A DNA stretch of 64,000 nt from a virus: the IMG/VR virus record IMGVR_UViG_3300032220_000699, positions 125,135 through 189,134 of that record, one strand, 5' to 3'. Below are positions 56,547 to 64,000 of this stretch, piece by piece; positions within the stretch are counted from its first letter, which is position 1, and every line of letters starts with the position of its first letter. Under the pieces are notes generated by a model, which saw only the letters and a list, made by a program, of their open reading frames with translations, was not told where the DNA came from and searched no databases. The translations under genes and the position numbers were made by a program.

Positions 56547-57092
56547 ATGAAGAATAAAATATATGCTGGAGTAGGTTCTAGAGAAACTCCTGAGGCTATT
56601 CAAAAACTGATGTTTAAAATAGCCGCTATCCTTGCTAGAAAGGGCTACAAGCTGCGATCAGGTGCTGCCGAAGGTGCTGATACCGCTTTTGAACTTGGAT
56701 GCGTCTCAGCAGGCGGAGATAAAGAAATTTGGTTACCGTGGAAAGGATTCAATAACCATGAGGACACTAAACTTTATCCTAACCCAGGACATTTTGCAAA
56801 AGCTGAAGCTTCTTTAGATCATTGGTCAAAACTTACACAAGGCATGAAAAGACTTCATGCTCGTAATGTAGGTCAAGTTCTTGGTATGCATTTAGAAGTG
56901 CCTGTTGACTTTGTTCTTTGCTGGACTCCTGATGGAGCTACTTCTAGACAAGAATGTACGTCTAAAACAGGTGGAACAGCCACTGCTATTAAACTGGCAA
57001 GCGATCTAGGAATACCTGTGATCAATATGCAAAAATATTCAAGTACAGAAGATCTTGAGAAAGATTTAAAGAAGTTACTTAAAGCCAAATAA
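56547..57092 (+). CDS. SLOG-superfamily (DprA/Smf/YspA-like) nucleotide-binding protein
   Basis: YAGVGSRETP, LRSGAAEGADTAFE, LHARNVGQVLG, FVLCWTPDG, GGTATAI, IPVINM. Confidence 0.8.
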   Translation: MKNKIYAGVGSRETPEAIQKLMFKIAAILARKGYKLRSGAAEGADTAFELGCVSAGGDKEIWLPWKGFNNHEDTKLYPNPGHFAKAEASLDHWSKLTQGMKRLHARNVGQVLGMHLEVPVDFVLCWTPDGATSRQECTSKTGGTATAIKLASDLGIPVINMQKYSSTEDLEKDLKKLLKAK

Positions 57093-57129
57093 AAGATCCT
57101 GACAGAGTATCTCTGTCAGGATTCTTCTT

Positions 57130-58455
57130 TTACGTTACAAGATCTTTCATTTGAATCGTTGTAGATTCATTTGTCTTACCATGAGTTAACTGCATAAACA
57201 AAGACAAAAGAACACCAGACAGCTCAGATGCAATGTTTGTCACACCTGAAGGAATATCTTTATAGACTTCATTCATGCACTTATAACAAATTGTATTCTT
57301 AGGAGAAGTACAATACATGCTACTTCTAATAACAATCTCTTTTCCAATAAGCGCTTTAGCTTTATCAATGGAATCAATCAAAGTCCATTTACCATTCAAT
57401 GCAACATATCGGTTAAGAAGCTTAGGTGCATTATAGTCATTAATAACACGCTTTAAACCACGTTTCGTATTACATTCGATAGGTGATATAGATAAGCTAG
57501 AAAGAGAGCGTTGTAGGATCTTGTAGGTATATCCACCAAGCTGTGTGGAAGAACCACGAGCAAAAGAACCAATACGCAAATCATTCATATACTTAGGAAA
57601 GTCTTCTTCGTCTGTACTAACACCTTCTAGCAGAGAATTCTGAACAGTCTTTGCGTAAGTAACCTTCTCAAAGTCCATTGTGTCACCGAAGACCATATAC
57701 ATCTTTCTGCGAGCATTCTTAGACTTCTTATTAAAGATATTCTTAGCAGCAGGATCATCTGCCAGATAATCATTGTCAATCTTAATCAATGCTTGTTCAA
57801 ACTCAACAAGCTTAACTGGATCACTAAGTTGACCTTCATATTGTTTCAACAGCTCTTGTTTTTTCTTAGCCAAATCAGGTGCTGGTGTAATAGCTTTCTT
57901 GGTAGAAGCAATATTAATAATGTTAGCTAGGTTGGTTAAGAATCCTAAACGATCAAAACAATCAATCATTTCAGAAACACTGATGTCAGTTTCCTTAGCA
58001 TCCTTGTCACTAACAACCTTTTCAGCAATCATCTTCTCGATTGTACTTACCTTGATCTGTCCTTCAACATAACCAAGTTTATTTTTAAAAGCAGGATAAA
58101 GACAAAGTGCATTAATAATCAGATTACCAAGCTTTGTTTCAAACTTGGAAGTAATGAAAGGACCCCAAGAAGGATCAACCTGAACGATATCTTGGAATTT
58201 GAATAACGGTTCATCTTTAACATAATCAGAAATCTTAGTCAACTGTTTATTGTCAACCCAAGTTTTAATTGTGTTATCTTTAATATCTACAAAGTAAAGA
58301 CCATCTGGTTTTGTAACAATATCAAGCCAGTTTTTCTTTTCCCAGTCCGTATCATCTCTTAACAAAGGGATAGCAAAACAAGAGAAGTACCATGACTTGT
58401 TTTCTATTTTATTTGCAGCAAATGCTTTCTTCAGATATTCAAGTTTAGTTAGCAT
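57130..58455 (-). CDS. RNA polymerase beta' subunit, C-terminal piece (phiKZ gp80-like, virion RNAP)
   Basis: Bridge-helix-like SFARGSSTQLGGYTYKILQR; Zn site IRSSMYC...ICYKC; trigger-loop-like ASELSGVLLSLFMQLTHG. Confidence 0.85.
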   Translation of the reverse strand: MLTKLEYLKKAFAANKIENKSWYFSCFAIPLLRDDTDWEKKNWLDIVTKPDGLYFVDIKDNTIKTWVDNKQLTKISDYVKDEPLFKFQDIVQVDPSWGPFITSKFETKLGNLIINALCLYPAFKNKLGYVEGQIKVSTIEKMIAEKVVSDKDAKETDISVSEMIDCFDRLGFLTNLANIINIASTKKAITPAPDLAKKKQELLKQYEGQLSDPVKLVEFEQALIKIDNDYLADDPAAKNIFNKKSKNARRKMYMVFGDTMDFEKVTYAKTVQNSLLEGVSTDEEDFPKYMNDLRIGSFARGSSTQLGGYTYKILQRSLSSLSISPIECNTKRGLKRVINDYNAPKLLNRYVALNGKWTLIDSIDKAKALIGKEIVIRSSMYCTSPKNTICYKCMNEVYKDIPSGVTNIASELSGVLLSLFMQLTHGKTNESTTIQMKDLVT

Positions 58456-59338
58456 TTACAGCCTCCCTTTGTTTCTGAACTTCAAGGAACATATTGAAGT
58501 CATTCAACATGCTAAGCATCGAAGCTTCTAACTTGGTAACATTTTCTAAGTTCTGTGTGAACATAGCAGTATTTTGTTTAAACTTCAGAATAGGAAGTTC
58601 GTAAGAATCATTACAGATCATTAGTACACTTAGGCAATCCAAAGCTGCTTGACCACGATTAGTCATGATGGTCTTATCAATATACGACGCAATGTTTGCA
58701 GAAATCAGATCGTTAAACTGCTGTAATGTAATAGACGTAAAGCCGTTATTGAAATAGGTCAAACCAATACAGTCAGACTTATCAATAAAATTAAAGAAGT
58801 ACCTTACATGCTTAAGATGTTTGATATCCACCTTTTCATCGTCAGTTTCTTCTTTGTCTTTGATATACTCTTTCAGAGAATCAACAAAGTGATCTTCAAC
58901 GTGAGCAATCATTTCCATTAGACGTGGTTTATCTAACAGGCTAAGATGATCAATCAGATCAACAATAATGTTACGTGGTGTATCTTCTGCGTGAAGACGA
59001 TATGAGATTTGGCTATAATCTTCAAGACTCTGTACGATATAAAGGAAGTTAGCAACTTCTGTCATTTCGTGCAAGGTGATAGGAATATCTTTGTTAAGAA
59101 ATATAAAGTGTTCCTTAATAATCTTTTCAACTTCTTTTTCTAAAGTGTGAACAAACATATCACGCTTGCTATCTGAGGTGATATCACTATCACGCTGAAT
59201 TAAATCGATAAGCTGATCTTCATAAAACTTTCTACCGAAAGCTTCAAGCAATGCAAAGGCAGCATAAATATTTTTTTGTTGTTCAGGAGTAAAGGTGTTA
59301 CCAACGTAATAAATGGTTATTTCAGCTAAGTTGATCAT
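58445..59338 (-). CDS. Conserved hypothetical protein
   Basis: 297-aa ORF coupled to the RNAP gene. Confidence 0.6.
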   Translation of the reverse strand: MINLAEITIYYVGNTFTPEQQKNIYAAFALLEAFGRKFYEDQLIDLIQRDSDITSDSKRDMFVHTLEKEVEKIIKEHFIFLNKDIPITLHEMTEVANFLYIVQSLEDYSQISYRLHAEDTPRNIIVDLIDHLSLLDKPRLMEMIAHVEDHFVDSLKEYIKDKEETDDEKVDIKHLKHVRYFFNFIDKSDCIGLTYFNNGFTSITLQQFNDLISANIASYIDKTIMTNRGQAALDCLSVLMICNDSYELPILKFKQNTAMFTQNLENVTKLEASMLSMLNDFNMFLEVQKQREAVNAN

Positions 59339-59433
59339 ACAACCCTCTGTAAAAAAGTGAATTAATCTTTGATCAAAACATCTAGAAGACAGTAAAAATA
59401 CACCACGAGGATAACCCCGTGGTGCACTTTGAT

Positions 59434-60888
59434 TTATACCTTAACAACTTCAACTTGTTGCATCAGGAAGTCAGTGACATACTTAACTGAGGCATAAAGT
59501 GCTGCTTCCATCGGATCGATATTTTCCGACATCTTCATGATCTCAGTCATTTCGTTCAGAATAAAGAAAGCATTACTGAAACGGAAACGAACATTTGCAA
59601 CCAATTGCAGACAAATACGATCAAGGTCATCGATATCTGACAGTTGCAAACTATCAATATACTTATAAGCCAGATCACGGGTTTCTTGGATGAAATGAGA
59701 AGAGTTATTAGAAACTTCTCTTTCTTCCTCTGACAACTCCATAATAGACTCGTCAAACTTAGCAATCAGAATTTGTCTGAAAATGTCAAGCTTGTTATTA
59801 TTCATAGAAATAAGGTACAAACTACGAACCGTATTCCACTTGTTGATAAAGTTTTCTTTATTAGCAATCAGTTCAGAAACAGTAACGCTGTTTTTGTTCT
59901 CGCTGGAAATAAAACCAAACAGAACTTCAACAGAGCAACCAGCTTCAGCCAACTTAGCAAAGCTTTCTTCGTAAACAGTGATAGCCAAAGGCTTGTCATT
60001 AAAATAAGAGAATGCTGTTTCTGAATCGGTGGTCAGAAGACGACCGTTCATGATATCACGACGATATGTTTCCAGAGCGATATTCAGCTTATTACCGTAG
60101 TAGTCACGATTAGCAACACACTTGCTCTTTAACTGAACACTTGAGTAACCAAGTTCCAAATCGGCCTTATTGAGAAGGTTACGATAGAACAGATAGTTAA
60201 TCAGAGAATAGTCCATCAGGTTATGGACTGAAAGCGTATATTCAGGAACATTTTCTGTTAGATAACCCATCATGCGATCCTTACCTTCGGCTGTGAACCA
60301 GGTAGAGATGTAGTTATCTTGATCAGCGTCACCTGTCAGGATATAGGAACCCAGATCAAATTCTTCCTTAACCAGTTTGGAAAGATCAACCGGATCAAAG
60401 AAAAACTTATTGGTAGAACCCTTGTAAGAATTGATTTCGTTTTCAATCAGATATGAAGAAAACACATCAGCAGGCTTGAAGTAGCTGATGCTAAAGAAAT
60501 CTTCAGCTTCCTTAAACTTATAGTCCGACAGACCTTGCTGAACCTTTTCTTTCAACAAGTTAATTTGCTTGTTAACAACACCACGAGCAAACGCAATGTG
60601 GTTAGCAATAATGTTAGACAGATCAACTTGGTAGTTGTCCATCAGCAGGTCGTGACTAGATTGCGTGTAGGTCTTCATCTTGTTGACCATGGTATCTGTA
60701 CCAGAAGCTGCGTGCAGCAGACTCGGTTCGATATATTCACGCTTTTCAATCTTACTGAACATGTTATTGCCGATAGCAGCAACCAGTTCCTGAATCAGGG
60801 TAGACTGCTTAGGAACCAACTTAATACCGTTGGTAGCAGCAATCTCTGCCAGATTAGTACCAATCGCAACAGATGATTGTGATAACAT
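59434..60888 (-). CDS. Probable virion structural protein
   Basis: 484 aa, AAGGAG SD; resembles phiKZ-family structural proteins (from memory). Confidence 0.55.
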   Translation of the reverse strand: MLSQSSVAIGTNLAEIAATNGIKLVPKQSTLIQELVAAIGNNMFSKIEKREYIEPSLLHAASGTDTMVNKMKTYTQSSHDLLMDNYQVDLSNIIANHIAFARGVVNKQINLLKEKVQQGLSDYKFKEAEDFFSISYFKPADVFSSYLIENEINSYKGSTNKFFFDPVDLSKLVKEEFDLGSYILTGDADQDNYISTWFTAEGKDRMMGYLTENVPEYTLSVHNLMDYSLINYLFYRNLLNKADLELGYSSVQLKSKCVANRDYYGNKLNIALETYRRDIMNGRLLTTDSETAFSYFNDKPLAITVYEESFAKLAEAGCSVEVLFGFISSENKNSVTVSELIANKENFINKWNTVRSLYLISMNNNKLDIFRQILIAKFDESIMELSEEEREVSNNSSHFIQETRDLAYKYIDSLQLSDIDDLDRICLQLVANVRFRFSNAFFILNEMTEIMKMSENIDPMEAALYASVKYVTDFLMQQVEVVKV

Positions 60889-60898
60889 CGTTAGCTCC

Positions 60899-61141
60899 TT
60901 ACTTAGAAATATTTTCTTTGACGCGGTTAGCGACCAGATTCGACAACATGTTACGGTTCAGAGACTGCTGACCCAGGCTGTCAGCGATATCCTTACCAGC
61001 GATCTTGATAATGACGCTCGTAGCGAGGTCAACGACATTTGAAAGAACAACAGCGTTATCAGCGATCTTTTGTGTCTTGATAGCGTCTTCTTGTTCTTGG
61101 ACAGTTAAATCTGACATGGTTATTAGCTCCGTAGATAGCAA
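60899..61141 (-). CDS. Small hypothetical protein
   Basis: 80 aa; likely start at the internal MSDLT (GGAG SD). Confidence 0.55.
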   Translation of the reverse strand: MLSTELITMSDLTVQEQEDAIKTQKIADNAVVLSNVVDLATSVIIKIAGKDIADSLGQQSLNRNMLSNLVANRVKENISK

Positions 61142-61223
61142 TTCATAACATTTCTCAAAGGAATAGCGATTACTTTATTTTTTATTTTTACAGAAATGAG
61201 ATGATAATTTTAAGGATACGAAA

Positions 61224-63353
61224 ATGCTAGATATCTTCTATCGAGATAAATCTCAGTATCATAACCAGCTAAATCCAGTTCGAGGATATCTCGAACAACT
61301 GTCTAGTTATATTCAGATTAGTCGTAATGTTTCTAAAGAAGAAGCTGATATTAAAGCTCGTGAAGTTCTTAAGAAACATTTTAAAGATAAGAACGTTCGT
61401 TATTTTGAACGCCAAGAGAACGGTGATCGTGAAGTTAAAGACACTACGCTCTTACAATATATCAATAATAATATCAAAGAAAAGAATGTGCTTGTACCAA
61501 CATTTACAAGTTACATGAATGCTAATAAGAAAAAGAGTATGTTGTCTGAGTTTATTTTCGTCAACGTTCGTCGTCGTAGTGTGGCTAAGAAAGCTGGTCA
61601 AAAGGCCAAGGCTGAAGGTAACTTAGAACTTGCTGATGCCAAGAATAACGAACAGAATATGATGAAGATTTATAATAACTCTTTATCAGGTGCTTTTGCG
61701 CAAGCTGCTTGTATTCTTCATAATCCAACAGCTCATTCGACGTTAACAAGCATCACCCGAACAATCACAAGTCTGAGTAATGCGAGTAATGAAAAACTTA
61801 TTGCTGGTAATCGATTCTATCCTCGTGGTACTGATGTTATTAATAATGTCATCTATATTTCTACTTATGCTGACATTGAAGGCATTCGAAATGTTATTGA
61901 GACTTTTGGCTTACACATTCCAACAGTTGAAGAAACGGTTAGCGTCTTAAAATATAGTTCTGATCTTTATTTTAGAGATGAAAAGTTTTATCAAACTAAG
62001 ATAATACCTTATCTACAAAAATTATCTTGTTATCATTTAGCTGCTATTTGCTATATCGGTGATCTATATCATATCCGTAAGTTTAACGATGGATTTATGC
62101 GTACAGTTATCAATGAAATGATTCAACCTGTTACTGCTGAAGATACCGATGCAAGTGTTTGTAAAAATATTCACTCTATCAATGAAAACATTCTAAACTT
62201 TGTGCATCATATTTTCTATAGTCAAGCCAAAGGTCAAGGCAAAGACTATGATAAAATGTTTGCAAGTAAATCTGGTTTAGCTAGCAGTATTTATACAACA
62301 TCTAAACATGTCGAAGATATTCTTATCAAGTATAAGAGTTTCTTTAACTGTTTCTTTATGACTGATATTCTTCCGGGTAATTCTTTCCGTTTGAAGAATA
62401 TGCGTCGTCGTACAGTTGTTTTGAGTGATACCGACTCTACCTGCTTTACCTTGGATGAATGGGTGAAGTGGTTGTATAATGGTGAATTTCGTATTGACGA
62501 TAAGTCTATTGCTACGACAGGTGCAGTCGCATTTATGGCTGCGCAAGCTATTATTAATCAGTTAGCTATTCTATCTAAGGGTATGAATATCTCTGATGAT
62601 CATCTTAACACTTTAGCAATGAAGAATGAGTTCTTGTGGCTTGTTCATGTTCCTGCAGAAGTTAGTAAACATTATTTTGCTTATACTGTTATTCAGGAAG
62701 GTAACGTCTTTAAGGAACCTGATATTGAAGTTAAGGGTGTTCATTTAAAGAATAGTGCTGTTCCTAAGTTCGTTATTAGTGACGCTAAAGATATCATGAA
62801 ATACATGTTATCTACGGTGGCTGGTAATGAAAAGATTAAATTTAACTATATCCTTGAACGCATTATTAATCTGGAAAATAATATTCGGGATAGTGTGTAT
62901 AAAGGTGAACCTGTTTATCTTAAAAAGTCAAAGATCAAAAATCCAGAAGCTTATGCATTGGAAGGAATCAAATCTCCCTATGCTCGACATTTGCTATGGA
63001 AACAAGTCTTTGCTCCTAAGTACGGTGATATCCAAGATCCGCCGTATGACGTTATTAAGATTCCTACAACGATTACATCTAAACCAGCATTGAATGCTTG
63101 GATAGAGTCTATTGAAGATAAAGACTTAGCTGCACGTTTAGTTAAGTGGTTAGAAGAGAATTGTAAAAAAGATCTTCCAACAATTTATCTTAATAATACA
63201 TACGTTATGGGTAGTGGTATTCCTGACGAAATTATGCGTATCATTGATATTAAACGAATTATTCTAGATGTGACTATTCAACATAGAGTTATTCTTGAAA
63301 CGTTGGGTGTTATGCTATATAGCGATAAGCTTGTTTCTGAACAATTTAACTAA
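61224..63353 (+). CDS. Split family-B DNA polymerase, C-terminal subunit (motifs B and C), phiKZ gp50-like
   Basis: Motif B KIYNNSLSG, motif C VLSDTDS, SKHYFAY, EVKGVHLK; no exonuclease or motif A in this ORF. Confidence 0.85.
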   Translation: MLDIFYRDKSQYHNQLNPVRGYLEQLSSYIQISRNVSKEEADIKAREVLKKHFKDKNVRYFERQENGDREVKDTTLLQYINNNIKEKNVLVPTFTSYMNANKKKSMLSEFIFVNVRRRSVAKKAGQKAKAEGNLELADAKNNEQNMMKIYNNSLSGAFAQAACILHNPTAHSTLTSITRTITSLSNASNEKLIAGNRFYPRGTDVINNVIYISTYADIEGIRNVIETFGLHIPTVEETVSVLKYSSDLYFRDEKFYQTKIIPYLQKLSCYHLAAICYIGDLYHIRKFNDGFMRTVINEMIQPVTAEDTDASVCKNIHSINENILNFVHHIFYSQAKGQGKDYDKMFASKSGLASSIYTTSKHVEDILIKYKSFFNCFFMTDILPGNSFRLKNMRRRTVVLSDTDSTCFTLDEWVKWLYNGEFRIDDKSIATTGAVAFMAAQAIINQLAILSKGMNISDDHLNTLAMKNEFLWLVHVPAEVSKHYFAYTVIQEGNVFKEPDIEVKGVHLKNSAVPKFVISDAKDIMKYMLSTVAGNEKIKFNYILERIINLENNIRDSVYKGEPVYLKKSKIKNPEAYALEGIKSPYARHLLWKQVFAPKYGDIQDPPYDVIKIPTTITSKPALNAWIESIEDKDLAARLVKWLEENCKKDLPTIYLNNTYVMGSGIPDEIMRIIDIKRIILDVTIQHRVILETLGVMLYSDKLVSEQFN

Positions 63354-63395
63354 AAAAAAAGACACTACCGCGAGGTGGTGTCTTTTTTATATTCC

Positions 63396-63719
63396 TTAAT
63401 CATCAAGGAACTTGGTGTGTTCGTTGACAGCCTTTGCTATGGCTCTGTTTGTCTTACGCTTGTTAGCGAATGTCTTTACCATAACAAGCGTGTTGATAAC
63501 AGGAAGCAGAAATACAACAATTGAACAAATCTCAATCGCTGCTTTCATCACAGAGACTTCGAAACGAAGTCCAGACTGTTGTTCAACTTTCTCAACCGCG
63601 TGTTCGGCAGCCGCCACCATTTTGTTATCCCATCGTCCGCGTATCACACTGGCGGTAAAACCGATGAAGAAGAACAGAACAGTAACACCATATACAACAA
63701 GAAAGATATCTTCAAACAT
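63396..63719 (-). CDS. Small two-pass membrane protein
   Basis: Two hydrophobic segments; AAGGAG SD; promoter at 63748-63775. Confidence 0.6.
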   Translation of the reverse strand: MFEDIFLVVYGVTVLFFFIGFTASVIRGRWDNKMVAAAEHAVEKVEQQSGLRFEVSVMKAAIEICSIVVFLLPVINTLVMVKTFANKRKTNRAIAKAVNEHTKFLDD

Positions 63720-63747
63720 GTTTGACTCCTTATCGTTAAGATCTTTT

Positions 63748-63775
63748 ATTATATATGTAATTAACTTCTGTTCAA
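63748..63775 (-). promoter_or_regulatory. Putative early promoter TTGAAC-N16-TATAAT
   Basis: Recurrent motif. Confidence 0.65.
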
Positions 63776-63815
63776 ATTTACTATTAAAAAATTAATATAG
63801 TTAATATAATTATAT

Positions 63816-64000
63816 GGACAGAAATGTCGGTGTCTCTCTCTAGGTGCGGAAAAACCGTTCTGGTAGATTTCGGAAGTTAGGCTGCGCGAAATGCCATATG
63901 CCAACACTCTGGGTGCATCCCAATAAAATCTACTATTTGCTTGCTTGTTTCGTCATGGGAACTTGTGAGTTGTTGATCTCTAACCATCAGGTATGAGTGA
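63816..64000 (+). ncRNA. Candidate structured non-coding RNA (truncated by the window edge)
   Basis: TATAAT at 63805-63810; GC-enriched, no ORF; several nested helices visible by eye. Confidence 0.5.

Noticed and set aside
6062-63353. Introns or inteins in thyA, uvsX, RNAP or DNA polymerase genes
   Set aside because: All are uninterrupted ORFs of plausible length with no C...HN intein ends or homing-endonuclease motifs. The short thyA insertions are in-frame loops.
7620-63362. Long poly-A tracts (e.g. ~7625, ~26780, ~48108, ~55765, ~63352) as phase-variation sites
   Set aside because: All are intergenic and mostly abut hairpins, consistent with terminator U tracts.
1-64000. CRISPR array, tRNA genes, integrase or transposase
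   Set aside because: No regularly spaced direct repeats, no cloverleaf with T-loop GTTC/CCA signature, and no recombinase or transposase motifs seen by eye. tRNAscan-SE was not run.
1-64000. Stop-codon reassignment (alternative genetic code)
   Set aside because: Core genes (ThyA, both Pol pieces, RNAP pieces, RNase H) are full length under the standard code, and coding density is high.
1-64000. Chimallin, PhuZ tubulin, major capsid protein or terminase
   Set aside because: No ORF here shows motifs I recognise for these. Nucleus formation is inferred only from relatedness, not shown by this window.

Overview
This window is a segment of an AT-rich jumbo-phage genome of the phiKZ-related (Chimalliviridae-like) type. 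The assignment rests on: two pieces of a split family-B DNA polymerase (24345-26051, 61224-63353); two pieces of a multisubunit RNA polymerase (beta C-terminal piece 39392-40057, beta' C-terminal piece 57130-58455); a UvsX/RecA recombinase; RNase HI; ThyA; and a tandem array of paralogous internal head proteins with (A/S)-x-E protease sites. Also present are baseplate/tail genes, two collar-domain fibre genes built from 2 and 3 Kelch-like propellers, and islands of small accessory genes (MazG-like, PnuC-like, DUF1653-like, degenerate TilS, two SleB-like hydrolases, two SLOG proteins). The most notable unexplained signals are: a start-less 177-codon frame reachable by a -1 shift at a U8 run (27362-27892); a structured non-coding RNA candidate at the right edge (63816-64000); two recurrent promoter-like motifs that separate accessory from structural genes; and a duplicated ~85-bp leader 40 kb apart. 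No CRISPR array, tRNA, integrase, transposase or reverse transcriptase was seen. All family assignments come from motif recognition by eye, not database searches.
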